NCBI RefSeq assembly: GCF_006345805.1
Contig: NC_043021.1
Span: 11,594,001-11,658,000 of the forward strand
Direction of reading: 5' to 3'
Source of the DNA: Octopus sinensis
Lineage: Eukaryota
DNA length: 64,000 bases
In this document: piece by piece, positions 40,399-53,219 of the stretch
Numbering within the stretch: the stretch's first letter is position 1
Layout: each line of letters starts with the position of its first letter
Position numbers and translations under genes: made by a program
Notes under the pieces: model-generated
Seen by the model: the letters and a program-made list of their open reading frames with translations, nothing else
Database searches by the model: none
What the model was told of the DNA's origin: nothing

Positions 40399-40962
40399 TT
40401 AAACTTGAGCAATATTTTTCAAGCAAGGAACAACTGCCATCAAAACAATGATATAATTCATCAACTTGGAACTTATTGCAAAGCTACACGAGAAACACTT
40501 CTTTGTCTTCCCATCCGGGGGATCAGTATAATTATTTTTTTCTAACCTTTCTCTCTCTCTTTTCCTGTTGATTGTTTTCAACCATCACCACCACAACTGC
40601 CACACACACACCATTCAGACTTCTGACGCCACCACCATCAATACCTTCGACTTTTCCACCTTCCCCTCCACCATAATTACCACTGCTTTTCACATCGCTT
40701 ACTCTCACCGTCATCGCTGACCACCAAAACCACCATCACCGCCACCTTCGCCTCTATCACACCTACAGCTCATACTACTGCTATCATCCAATTACTATCA
40801 CAGAAAGGCTAAGTGTGTGTGTGTGTTCGTTCAGTATGTTATGTAGATGGAGTTCACTTGTGTAAAGGGGGTGGCTATTGTGAGTGGGACTACAACAGTG
40901 GAGCAGGGACACCAATTGTAAAATTTGAGGGGTCACTAAGAATGACAGCAGATATGAGAGGT

Positions 40963-41218
40963 ACATTATTTACATTATTTACATTCGACGGATATTTTGT
41001 CGTCATCTTGTTTGTTGTTAACACAACGTTTCGGCTGATATACCCTCCAGCCTTCTGCAGGTGTCTTGGGGGAAATTTTGAACCTGGGTTCTCATTCCTA
41101 AAGCATTTTTTGATATTATTATTGTTATTGTTATTGTTCACGTCACTGCTTGGAATTGAACTTGGAATCTTGGGGTTAGTAGTCCATGCTCTTAACCACT
41201 GCGCCATATGCCCATGGG
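40963..41218 (-). mobile_element. tRNA-headed SINE with a hammerhead-like motif (41020-41066) in its 3' part
   Basis: Minus strand has an A box tggcgcagtgg, a B-box-like gagttcaattcc and an (aat)n linker. It then reads GACAC-CTGCAGA-A-GGCTG..CAGCC-GAAA-CGT-T-GTGTT, followed by an aatgtaaat-repeat tail. Confidence 0.7.
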
Positions 41219-42670
41219 CATATAAGAGGTATTGAAGATGAGGTACAGCAGGCCTAAGATGTGGCTCAGAGGAGAAGGGAGAGATAGCAGATATTTCATC
41301 ACATGTTTTCATGTGGTGCTCTCTGCCACCATTGACCTCGACTTGGTTTTCGGTGGACTGTCACTGGGTGCACGGTGACCGGTGGCTGGAAAGTTTATGC
41401 AGTGAAGAAGACCGGTTGGTAAAACAAAGTTTGGGGAGAGATGAGAATGAGGGATGTTAATAGGAAGTGGTTCCAAGAGCAGAAGGCCGTAATTGGTTAG
41501 GCAAAAAAAAATTGGAGGTTTATATATGTTCTGATTCTGCTCTCGAATGATTACAGCAGCTAAGTGGAGGCACAATGGCCCAGTGGTTAGGGCAGTGGAC
41601 TCGCAGTTGTAAGAACGTGGTTTCGATTCCCAGACCGAACATTGTGTTTATTGAGCAAAACCACCTAAGCTCCATGAGGCTCTGGGGGTGGGGGCAGTGA
41701 ACCCCACTGTACACTTTCACCACAACTTTCTCTCACTCTTTCTTCCTACTTCTGCCACAAAGCAGAGGAACCATGGTGTAACCCACTATGGTGTGGTAAA
41801 ACTTTCAGACCCTAGTCTAGATTGTGAATCCTCTGTACCCCAGGATGGTTCAGCTCTCCACCCATTAAAAGCCACCGTTTATGGAAGGAGGATAACAACA
41901 TAGCTTTCGCATCCCGTGCAACCGCTAGCCTATCATGTGTGGTGGGTGGATCTTCAAATTGCCACATGCATTTTTAGTAGCTTAGAGTAGGCTCGAATTA
42001 GAGATTATTCTTTGTGGCTAATGGTGTGAGTCCTGATTGGAAGAAGAAGAAGAAGAAGAAGAAGAAGAAGAGAAAAGAAGAAGAAGAAGAAGAAGTGGTC
42101 CCAAAATCTGCTAGCAGCTAGTGCTTCATTATAGTGCATCAAAGATCTCTTGGCTAGAGAAAAGGTTCTTGCTGACACCCTTCACCTGCTTTTGGAACAT
42201 AATGGATGGATGGCAAGAGGCTGTGTAGATTGATGTATGCTAGCCCCTCATTTGGTTTGCGGTAGGGCCTGAATGTACCAGAGCCCAAGTTGAGCATGAC
42301 ATCTAAGAAGTCCAAGGGTGCTAATTATATCTTTCCTAAGCCTGTCCAGGGCGTGCCCATTGGCTCCTCTGGATATGGCCAGTGCTCCAGCATGACCGCT
42401 GTCAGAGGACTGAAACAAGTGAAAAATTAAATAAATAATACACACACAGAGGTGGGGAGGGGGTGATGCAAACAGAAAAAATAGAGCTCAAAACATGAAT
42501 ATATATATATATATACGCTTTTTTTATTAACAGTGAATGAAATAACAGAGCGACTCCGGGAAGTGAGTTTCGTTCAAGAAACTCTTGATCCTTGAGTCAT
42601 TTTCTATTTTTTGCCGATTATTTATGAAAACAAAAAAAGACTATCGAATGTAACATGTAAAGGCAGAATA

Positions 42671-42700
<30 letters not shown>

Positions 42701-42701
<1 letters not shown>

Positions 42702-43178
42702 CTTTATATATAAAAGTGAAGTTGTGTGTCTGTCTCCTACGATTTAGATTCCTAACTACTCACACATTTTGCGGTGCAGTGTAACAAAAAGCGGGTATCT
42801 TATAGTCGTGATTCATATCGAGCCTTTCTGGGTATTAGCGCGCATCTACGATGAGTCTACGATTTTAAAAATAATTTACCATGATTTTTTTTCATTTTAA
42901 AGCATTTTTTCGCTATTATATAAGGGAAGTAACTCTCTAAAAATGTCTACGATGAGTCAACGATTTAAAAAAAAATTTACCATCATTTTTTTCATTTTAA
43001 TGCATTTTTTCGCTATTATATAAGGGAAGTAACTCTCTAAAAATGTCTACGATGAGTTAACGATTTAAAAAAAAATTTACCATCATTTTTTTTTGTTATT
43101 TTTCGGCTATAACTCTCTAAAAATGCTTATATAGTTATTTCCCTTACAAACCCGAGCAACGCCGGGCGATACTGCTAG
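42701..43178 (+). mobile_element. Non-autonomous Helitron (478 bp) with an internal ~100 bp tandem repeat
   Basis: 5' TC (tctttatatataaaag) and 3' CTAG, inserted between A and T. GC hairpin cccgagcaacgccggg (43151-43166) lies 8 nt before CTAG. Repeat units start at 42845, 42946 and 43046. Confidence 0.8.
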
Positions 43179-43886
43179 TATATAATATTTTATTGTCTGT
43201 GAAAACTACAGGAGCGACTTTGGGCCAAGTTTCCTGCCAAGACACTTGTCAAAGATCACGTGCTTCGACAGGAAACTCTTGGTCCTTGAGTTGCTCCTTG
43301 AGTGCTATCAGGTTATAAAGAAGTTGATGCACACATGTATGTATATATGTGAATGCGTGTGTGTGTGTATATATATATATTTATAGTATATATAGTGCCG
43401 TTACATACGTCAGTGTAACAAGGCAAAGGCCTCTGATGGCCTCATCGAATGTTTTTAGCCTACCAAAAATAAAATGACGTGTCATTCTTTGGCAGCATAT
43501 GAATGAATTAAATGGTATATATATATATATATGTATTTATATATATAGATAGGTAGGCAGAAAGAGAGAGAGAGATTTGTTGACTGAGCGGACTCACGCA
43601 GTGGTATAACGCACGCACACACACCCATGCATTAACCGAAGCCGTCAACAGGTTTTGTGAATGTCGTAAAACGGCAAGTCTTGCTTTTTCTCTTTCTCTC
43701 TCCGCCCTCGCCTCACTCTCTCTCTCTCTCACATACACTCACACTTGTACTCATGCATAAGTACATGTATATAACGGAATATGTAGGAACGAAATGTATT
43801 CTGTAATAAAAAAAGAAAAACGAAACGAAATTTTATTTTAAGATGTAGGATCGTTGTTTATATACACACCCACCTCTATCCATGTG

Positions 43887-43920
<34 letters not shown>

Positions 43921-44539
43921 ATAATGTATGAAAACTTACACATTATATATATATATATATATATATATAATGTATGAAAACTTACACATTATATAATACA
44001 TTACCTAGAGATTCTTTTAAATTTTATTCCACAATTCCTGTTATATTTGTGGGTTTGTTTTGTGTAAAAGATCCGCCTCTTCTACTTTCTTTCACTACAT
44101 ATATTTACATCTTTCTTTGGTAGGGGGTGGGATTGGAAGGAAAAGCAAAAAGAGAAAGAGAGAGAAAGGGCGAGAGGAACCACCTCCCGTATGTACACAC
44201 ACATATAAATAAAAAGATTATATATAATTTGTTCTTCATCGTCTCTATTCATTTATCCGTCTGGATTTTATTATATTGTTGTCCTTACCTTTTTTTTTAA
44301 TTTTCCGAAGCCTCTGTGTGTGTGTATGTGTTTATGTAAGTGTATGAGTGTGTATCTGTGTCAATGTACGCGTGCTTGTGTGTGTATATATATATATATA
44401 AATATATACAAGCGCGTGTGTTTGTGTATGTGTGTGTGTGTGTATAATTGCGTGTGAGTGTGAGAGTGTGTTTGTATGTATGTGTGTGTGTGTGTGTGTG
44501 TGTATCTACGTTAAGCGTATGTACGCACGCGTATCTGTG

Positions 44540-44686
44540 TGTTTTTTTTACGACAGTCGACAGCCGGTACTAAGCGGGGTTCCTTCCTTCCTCCCGTGTG
44601 TGTGTGTGTGTGTTGTTTGCACCAGTTTTTCTGTTTTTGTTTGACGCTGATGGCGTTGGTAGGTCGTCAGATTTGGCACCTCTGAC
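44540..44686 (+). promoter_or_regulatory. Probable 5' UTR / proximal promoter of the ANKRD13 gene
   Basis: Non-repetitive, CpG-retaining sequence (tacgacagtcgacagccgg...gacgctgatggcgttggtaggtcgtcag) immediately before the ATG. The TSS cannot be placed. Confidence 0.45.
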
Positions 44687-44821
44687 ATGTCTACAAGCAA
44701 AACGACAACAACGATATCAAGAAACTACACCAGCAGTGATATCGAGAAGGACTACCCTCTACACTGGCTCGTCTGGACCAATAACTACCAGGAGCTAGAA
44801 AAGGAGCTAAGTAAAAGTACG
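44687..44821 (+). CDS. ANKRD13: First coding exon of an ankyrin repeat domain-containing protein 13 family gene (ANKRD13A/B/D-like): MSTSKTTTTISRNYTSSDIEKDYPLHWLVWTNNYQELEKELSKST, then a phase-0 intron
   Basis: YPLHWLVWTNNYQELEKEL closely matches the ANKRD13 N-terminal motif as I recall it (human ANKRD13A YPLHLLVWKNDYRQLEKEL). ATG is at 44687 and the frame stays open to a canonical GTGAGT donor at 44822. The upstream sequence is CpG-rich and unique. The expected next exon (DPRGRTPLHLAV-like) was not found in 44822-64000. Confidence 0.85.
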
Positions 44822-45010
44822 GTGAGTGAGTTTTTCGTTCGGCTTTTTTCGCCGTGTTCCATTCACTTTTCCACTCTTTTTACGATGAGACGACGACACG
44901 GTCACACACTTCTTGTTGCTCGAAATGTGTATGATATATATGATGCCTACAGGTATGTATATTCTATGCATGGATGGAGGTATGTATGTGTGTCTGCTCT
45001 TACCTGATAT

Positions 45011-45110
45011 NNNNNNNNNNNNNNNNNNNNNNNNNNNNNNNNNNNNNNNNNNNNNNNNNNNNNNNNNNNNNNNNNNNNNNNNNNNNNNNNNNNNNNNNNN
45101 NNNNNNNNNN
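45011..45110. other. Assembly gap (100 N) inside ANKRD13 intron 1
   Basis: Run of exactly 100 N, so true length is unknown. Confidence 0.99.
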
Positions 45111-45317
45111 TGATTGTAAGATTGTGGTTTCGATTCCTGGACCGGGTGATGCGTTGTGTTCTTGAGCAAAACACTCCATTTCATGTTGCTCCAGTCCACT
45201 CAGCTAGCAAAAATCAGTAATCTTGCGATGAACCAATAATATGTATGCTGCGGAAACCTGGAATCTGACCCCATGAGTCTGTAAGACTTGGGAAGGATCT
45301 TTATCTTATCTTTATAT

Positions 45318-45743
45318 ATCACAGGGTGTGAGGGATAAATTGTTGCCATTTATATTTTTAATTTCGTGCATGTGCTTTGTTTGTTTTTGATTTTGTCAAC
45401 TACATAGTATAGTAGGGTCAGTTGGGCACTGTCTGTGAGAAAACACCACCATGATGCAATAGGCTCTGCCAGAAATTTGGAGATGACACGCTGTACTACC
45501 TGGCATTTGTACTGGAAGCTCCAATACGAACAAATGTTGAACACACAGAACAACCGTTGGCTTGCCATGTCTCCAAAACATGTACTCAGAATGATAAAAA
45601 TCAAACCTCCAGTCAACTACATGGTGTTTGGAGTGATCACCTGTGATGGTGATGTTATGCCTCTATCTTCCCACACATCCTCACACTCAACACGGAAGCC
45701 TACATCAAGTGCCTGGTGGAGGTAGTACTGCCCTGGGTCAAGA
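45318..45743 (+). mobile_element. Second DD37D/maT family fragment
   Basis: NTQNNRWLAMSPKHVLRMIKIKPPVNYMVFGVITCDGDVMP; nucleotide identity with 29540-29700. Confidence 0.8.
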
Positions 45744-46007
45744 GCTTGAAATTTACCAGAAGGGTGTACCTGTGGTGACAGCAAGATGCTACCTCATATT
45801 TCTTGTTAAGGGATACTGCAGGCTGGTATATGATACGCAGTTTTTCGCGGAGGCACTGCTGGCAATTAGGGGCAGCGGACAAATATGGTGGTGCCTTGTG
45901 AGTGTGCATATGCATCTGCTCACTGTATGTATGCACACGGATATGTGCATACCCATATACAGGTGTGCGCTCGTATGCATGTGCTTGTGTGCATATGTAC
46001 ATGGAGA

Positions 46008-46064
46008 TAAACAAACAAATGCAACTGAAAACAATACCTCCGCCTTAGCGAAGGCGGAGGTAAT
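46008..46064 (+). mobile_element. Isolated 3' end (12-bp stem hairpin) of the 62895-63265 family
   Basis: tacctccgcctt-agcg-aaggcggaggta at 46035-46062, preceded by (aaac)n. Confidence 0.6.
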
Positions 46065-46587
46065 AATAATAATGGTTTCAAATTTTGGCACAAGGCCAGA
46101 AATCTTTAGCGGAGGGGGCAAGTCGATGACATCGATCCCAGTGCTCAACTGCTACTTGTTTTATTAACCTTGAATGGGTGCAAAACAAAATTGATCTCGG
46201 TGTAATTTGAACTCAGAACACAAAGAACTGCTGGAAATGCCGTAAGAATATGAAATAATAAAGTCTTGGGCAAACAGTAAAACTGATTGTTAAATTTTTT
46301 TTTTCTTCCTTCTAGACTATCATCATTTTTTTTTTTTCTTTCTTTTAGAATTAGCTTGAAATTTAACTCGACTATGGTGATGGTAGCGGTGGTGGTGATT
46401 GAAAGAGTCGAGTGGAGAAAATTAATAAAAGAGATTTAAAAAAATAAAATAATGCAAATAATTAAAACACGGTGATCTGGCAAAAAGGCAAATAAAATAA
46501 TGATACGGTGCTTGAAGCCGTTTTTGTGCAGTAATCTTCTGTTGAATGTAAATATTTGAAATGGAAGCCATGAATTAGAATGTTCTT

Positions 46588-46836
46588 TTATTTGGTTCAG
46601 TCATTTTGACTGTTGCCATGCTGGAGCACTGCCTTTAGTCAAACAAATCGACCCTAGGACTTATTCTTTATAAGCCTTGTACTTATTCTATCGGTTTCTT
46701 TTGCCGAACCACTGAGTTACGGGGATGTAAACACCAGCATTGGTCATCAAGCAATGTTGGAGGGACAAACACAGTATCACAAACATATACACACGCGTAT
46801 ACATATACGTGTGTGTGTGTGTATATGTATATATAT

Positions 46837-46868
<32 letters not shown>

Positions 46869-47030
46869 TGTATGAATGATGGGCTTTTTTCAGTTTCTGT
46901 CTACCAAATCCACTCACAGGGCTTTGCTTGGTCTGAGGCTATAGTAGAAGACGCTTGCCCAAAGTGCCACGCAGTGGGACTGAACCTGGAACCACATGGT
47001 TGGGAAGTAAGCTTCTTACCACAACACCAC
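46588..47030 (-). mobile_element. SINE family A (ANKRD13 intron 1)
   Basis: Aligns to family A. Confidence 0.8.
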
Positions 47031-47060
47031 ACACCCTGCACCTCTGTATGTGTGTGTACG

Positions 47061-47149
<89 letters not shown>

Positions 47150-47398
47150 CAGAATCGTTAGCATACCAAGCAAAATGCTTAGTGGTATCTCATCTGCCAT
47201 TACGTTCTGAGTTCAAATTTTGTCGAGGTCAACTTTGCCTTTCATCCTTTCGGGTTTAATTAAATAGGTACCAGTTACGCACTGGGGTTGATGTAATCGA
47301 CTTAATCCTTTTGTCTGTTCTTGTTTGTCCCCTCTGTTTAGCCCCCTGTGGGCAATAAAAAATATATATACATGTATGTATATATGAATCATATATAT

Positions 47399-47563
47399 AT
47401 GCAGGAGTGGCTGTCTGGTAAGTAGCTTGCTAACCAACCACATGGTTCCGGGTTCAGTCCGACTGTGTGGCACCTTGGGCAAGTGTCTTCTGCTATAGCC
47501 CCGGCCGTCCATGCCTTGTGAGTGGATTTGGTAGACGGAAACTGAAAGAAGCCTGTCATATAT

Positions 47564-47600
<37 letters not shown>

Positions 47601-47815
47601 GCGTGTGTGTGTTTGTTTGTCCCCCTAGCATTGCTTGACAACCGATGCTGGTGTGTTTATGTACCTGTTACCTAGCGGTTCGGCAAAAGAGACTGATAGA
47701 TAAGTACTGGGCTTACAAAAGAATAAGTCCCGGGGTTGAGTTGCTCGATTAAAGGCGGTGCTCCAGCATGGCCGCAGTCAAATGACTGAAACAAGTAAAA
47801 GAGAGTAAAGAGTAA
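47399..47815 (+). mobile_element. SINE family A (ANKRD13 intron 1)
   Basis: Aligns to family A. Confidence 0.85.
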
Positions 47816-47952
47816 AAGTGAGTATATGTATGTATGTATGAATATGTATTAAGTAATAAGGTACTAAAAGAGAATGACTCTCCCCAGACACAATAAAATA
47901 TGCCTCAACACAGGAATTCACAAAGAATCTCGCAAACCAAATCCAAAAACGA

Positions 47953-47984
<32 letters not shown>

Positions 47985-48160
47985 ATATGTGTGTGTATAT
48001 ATATTTGAGAGAGTAGCAGTTTATCTTTATATATTTTAATCTTTCTTTGAATCTGGCAATAAATCAGATGGAAATTAACAAAAAGACTTTTAATTTGTTC
48101 ATTAAGTCATCATCATCGTCATCACTGCTCTGCTCTCATTATCATTATTACCATCATCAT

Positions 48161-48200
<40 letters not shown>

Positions 48201-48576
48201 CGGTATTATTTAGTTTTTATTTCTGCATTTCATTGGTTTTAATTAAAGAATCCAGTCTTTCGCTGTTCTGGATATGAATTTGTTTAACGATTTATATTTA
48301 TAGTTTTTTTTTTTCTCCTCTTTAACTCTGCATTCTATCATCATTATCATCACCCCCCCACACACACACACCACCACCACCACCACCACGTCAGTCAAAC
48401 ACTTATGTATACACAGCCCTCCTTTGTAATATTTCTTTACTTCAGAACACTTCTGTTGTCCAGTAAAGGGCTATTGTCCTCTCCACTTTGTTCAGGGAAT
48501 TCCCCGGGGACAGCAGTGACTGCAAACACTATTATTTACACATTTGCTTCAAGTACTATATATGCATGTATACATG

Positions 48577-48629
<53 letters not shown>

Positions 48630-48730
48630 TCATCATCCGGTTTCCATGCTTCTATGGATTGGATGTTTTTTTTGTTGTTTTTTTTTTTCCCCCCAGAGAT
48701 GGAGAGCTGGACCAGGTTCCAGTCTGATTT

Positions 48731-48956
48731 AAGTTAAGTTAATTTTTTGGCGCAAAAAGCAAAAAGCAAGGCCATGTAGGAGGACATGGAGTTATGTACT
48801 GGTTGGTGTTCATGCAAAGAGTTCAGGCCATTTCTAGTCAAGAGAGACTTTGAACCGAGCGGTCATCAGCAGCTTATTCCACGGATCCGCAACCCGGACG
48901 GAGAAGGCCCCTCTCCTTCGATTGAGTTGAAATCGTCGCAGATAGAGCTTTTCGGA
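48731..48956 (-). mobile_element. CR1-clade LINE 3' end nested in an RTE-tailed SINE
   Basis: Minus strand RFQLNRRRGAFSVRVADPWNKL...RFKVSLD*KWPELFA*, then a short UTR and a (ttaac)n tail. The host SINE resumes on both sides around gattt. Confidence 0.75.
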
Positions 48957-49759
48957 TTTAGCATGGTTTCTATGGCTGGATGCCCTTCCTAAAACCAACC
49001 ACCTTCACAATGTATGCCAGGTGCATCTCAAATGGGCTGGCATAAGTGCTTCTTATGTGGCCCAGGATGGGAGCTTTTTACATGGCACATCTACCTATCT
49101 ACTGCTCTCTCTTTCCTCTTTCTCTCTCCATCCATCCATTCATCCATCTCTCTATCTCTCTCAATCCATTACTCAATCTATCCCTCTCTTTCTACCTATC
49201 TCTCTCTACCTACCTATCCATCATATCCATCACTCAATCTATCTCTCTATCTACACACATACATACAAACACAGATGTCGATCATCATTTTAAATGCTAT
49301 CATCCACTTTTTCATGCTTGCATGGGTTGGATTGAGTTTATTGAGGCAAATGTTTTCTTCTATTATAGCCTTAGGCTGACCAAAGCCTTTTGGGTGGATT
49401 TGGTAGCCAGAAACTGGAAGAAGCCTGTCATATATAATTATATATATTGTGTGTGTGTGTGTGTGTATGTGTGTGTTTGTACCCATTGTTGGTTTGCTTA
49501 CGTCCCTGTAATGTAGAGGTTCAGCCAAAAGAGACTGATAGAATAAGAACAATCACATTGTAGTATTAAGTTACATCCCTTGAAATTCTGTGTTCATAAC
49601 CCACCAACAGTTGAAGCTATCATCCATCTGCCCAGATTTGATTATATTTACCACAGCCATGGAATTTTGTTGTAGCATTTTGTAGAAACATCACAGCCAT
49701 GGGATATTATTAGAGTATTTTCTGGAAATATCACAGTTATGGAAGTTTATCTTAGGGCT

Positions 49760-50295
49760 GTATTCGCAAGTGATGGGAATCAGGTGGTTGAATTGGATGC
49801 TAGAATTGCATGTACTGGCATGGTAATGTGCTAGGCCCAGGATTTGATCTTCTGAAGAGGAACAGTTGGCGAAAAAGCCAAACTCGCTTTCTTCAATTCA
49901 GTTTTCCTGCTTATCCTTACCTATGGTCATGAATGTTGGATAAAAACATGATCATGAATACAAGCAGCCAAAATGGAATTCCTCTGTAGGATCCCTGGAG
50001 TAATGTTATTCTACAAGGTGCATAGCTCAGAGATAAGGGGTCTCTTCAGGTTGAGCTGCTCTTTCTTCACATTGAGATGTCACAGATCTAGTTCTATGGA
50101 CAAATGATTACAATGTCATAGGAAAGAGTCGGAAGATGGATTCTTTAAACCGAGCCAATCTGCTGGAGACTTAGGAGTAGACCAAGAACAAAATGGTTGG
50201 ATATGACGGTCATGCTTGGGAATCCAGCAGAGAAATTTAATGATGGTTGCTTCTAATAGGACTCTATGGAGGAGTTGTCTGAAGACTCTCCACAA
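49760..50295 (+). mobile_element. Degenerate RTE (Rex3/Expander-like) ORF2 3' fragment
   Basis: Frameshifted translation KAKLAFFNSVFLLILTYGHECW...IQAAKMEFLCRIPG...SSEIRG...LLFLHIE...RSRPRTKWLD. Confidence 0.75.
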
Positions 50296-50435
50296 CCTTC
50301 CCAGAAATAGCGGGCAGAGACGATGGATGGATGGAATTACTGCTGTGGTATATTATTGTAATATTTTCTAGAAATATCGTAGCTATAGTATATATTTTGA
50401 TTCCACTGACCCATTGCAGCCATGGCATATCATTA

Positions 50436-50733
50436 TCATCATGATCGACCAGGCTATCAGATGTTGCTACACGTTGCTGGTCACAATGCGCTTTGCATTG
50501 TTTTAGCCTTCAAATGATGCCACCCCGCTGGCTAAGCGAGCAGGCCAACAGAAGAAAGAGTGAAAGTTGTGGCGAAAGAGTACAGCAGGGATCGCCACCA
50601 CCCCCTACCGGAGCCTCGTGGAGCTTTAGGTGTTCTTGCTCAATAAACACTCACAATGCCCGGTCCGGGAATCGAAACCGCAATCCTATGACAGCAAGTC
50701 CGCTGCCCTAGCCACTGGGCCATTGCACCTCCA
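50436..50733 (-). mobile_element. SINE family B
   Basis: Reverse complement of 9703-10005. Confidence 0.85.
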
Positions 50734-51774
50734 CATATCATTATAGTATTATGAAATGTAACAGCTACTTGATATTTTACCACAGGATATCAGGATTGTT
50801 GTAAATATTATCTCTTTAATTTCACAGTTTCTCCTTCCACATCTAACACTATTTCTACATCATTATACAGCTTATTCACAGACACGCCAAAGTGGCACCT
50901 AATATTCCTTTGTCATTTAATCCTGCTCAGTCCAGTGGAAAATGCACACTTTCTCTTGGTTGCTGGAAAAAAAAAAAAAAAAAAAAAATTGAGGTTTTCA
51001 ATATTTGTTCGGAACTAATGTTTTGACTAAAAGTTGTTTTAGTATTGTAGCCAAACCAGTTTGTTTTGTTAGCATAAAAGAAAATGAAACTAAATTATGT
51101 TTGGTTCCTTTAGAGTAAAAAAAAAAAAAAAAAAAAAAATTTTTTTAAATGACAAATTAAATCAAAACAGGCCATAATGCAAAAAAAGAAACAAAACATA
51201 ATTTTATTAAAGTTAACATTATGAAAGATAACACATTATAAATTGTATAAAACAGCATTATGAACTATGTTACATAAAGACACAATACAATGGTATGAAG
51301 TGCAATGCTATATTATGAAACATCATTATTTAGTGTCTGTTTTCCATGCTGGCATGGGTTGGATGGTTTGACAGGAGCTGATAAGCCAGGAGGTTTACAG
51401 TCTACTCGGAGCACAACAGTCTACTTTGGCATGGTTTCTATAGACGGATGCCCTTCCTAATGCCAACCACTTTACAGAGTGTGCTGGGTGCTTTTAATGT
51501 GTTACACAGTGCTATTGAATATACAAACATTATCAAGCACAACATTGTTGATGATAGTGTATTAGTATACAGGTGTGGCTGTTTGGTTGAGAAGCTTGTG
51601 GTCATTTGTGTAGTCCCACTACATGGCACCTTGGGCAAGTGTCTTCTAATATTGCCCTAGACCAGGGTTTTTCAACCATTTTTTTTATCTCTGAATCCTT
51701 TTCATTACTCTTTTACTTGTTTCAGTCATTTGAATGTGGGCATGCTGGATGCGATATTATCACCCAATGCGATA

Positions 51775-52335
51775 TCATCAAAGTGACACTGAGGTAAAAT
51801 ATACGAAGTCCAGTATACCCATCATGACAACCTGTCTGATAAGGGTACACCAGGCACATGCATCACAACCATATGTGCGTGACATGGTGATCTCATATCA
51901 AGATTAACAGCACATGACCTTGCAAGTGGGGCCCAGTTAGAATTTTCTTCTGGTCGAGTAACCCATCTCGCTCAAAAGGTCCCTGAATAAGGGTTGTTTA
52001 AGGATGTTGAACGAAACACCCATGTTTCCAGAGGTGAATCATTCAAACCCCAAAGAATCCCTCAACACAAGGTTATGATGCTCCCCACTACTACTGCTTG
52101 TGGTCAGAGATGCATATATCGTCAGCCACTAAGGGACATGCTCAACCGGTTAAGGTCAAGTAGCTGACAAGCAAATCTGTGGTATTGAGCAGAATATTTG
52201 CTGTAGCCTATCTTTTATACCAAGACAAAACAATGTACATGATAACACTTCCAATCAGTTAAGATCAGAAGCCATGAGAGCCACTGCCTGGTACTGTATC
52301 AGGGCATTTATTATTATTATTATTATTATTATCAT
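51775..52335 (+). mobile_element. Unclassified ~550 bp retroposon-like repeat ending in (att)n
   Basis: GC-richer block ending tcagggca(ttt)attattatt, with no ORF. Confidence 0.45.
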
Positions 52336-52358
52336 CATCACCGCCTTCCTTTACTCAG

Positions 52359-52745
52359 GAAGCAAAGGCTGTATTTATATGCTTGGTGACCATGGCGAAA
52401 GAGCTTGTATGGTGGACGAGATTGAAGGGGCTGAAGTCAAACGCTTTTCTCTTTGGCCGATCCCTGATCAACTTCTTCAAGTTTCACTTGAAGAAGAAAA
52501 TAAGGAGAAAGAGGGAAGTGTTGTCTTGTAGCCAATTTGCTAAAAGGTGAATGAAAGTGGCGAGAATGGTGTGAGTGAACAGGCCTGCCCTGAGCATATG
52601 CCTGTAAGTTGGGAAAAAGGAAAGGAAAGAAAAAAGGCACTTGGCCCAAAAGTCAGGGTACCCTTGGTTTATATGGGTTTTTTTTCCATGAGCAGCCCTC
52701 AAGCGTCTATTGAGGATCACACATTGTTGATTTTTTAAAAAATTG
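52359..52745 (+). mobile_element. Probable L1/Tx1-clade LINE 3' fragment (ORF2 C-terminus plus UTR)
   Basis: EAKAVFICLVTMAKELVWWTRLKGL...LINFFKFHLKKKIRRKREVL...KR*MKVARMV, with TGA at 52548 where Trp is expected. Assignment is from recalled similarity only. Confidence 0.5.
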
Positions 52746-53219
52746 TTGGCGCTGTTCACATGCAAAACCCTCATAACACTGCACACTCACACACATACAC
52801 ACAGACACACTTTGTTTTGTCCTGTACTGTGCATAATGGTTTTCTTCATGCAAACCCTTGAGGTTAATAAAGAAATCATTTAGTAGTAGTAGTAGTAGTA
52901 ATGGTGGTAGTGGTGGTGGTGGTGGCAGTAGTAGGTTTCATCATTTAGGATGTGTTTGTGTGTGTATTGTGTTGTGTTCCAGGCCACTAAATCATTTGTT
53001 TCTTTGTTATTGTGGTCCAGTGCCTTTGTAGACAACATAGATATGTTGGAGATGTGTGTGTATGTGTATATGTGAGTGTGTGTTGTCCAACACACACACA
53101 CACACATTGTACAGTTAGTTAAAAAAAAAGCGAAAACCCGCCAGTTCTGTATCCAAATAACACTCACACTGCACTCAAACGATCTGGAAATTTCCGGATA
53201 AACAAGTTTTGCTCAAAAC

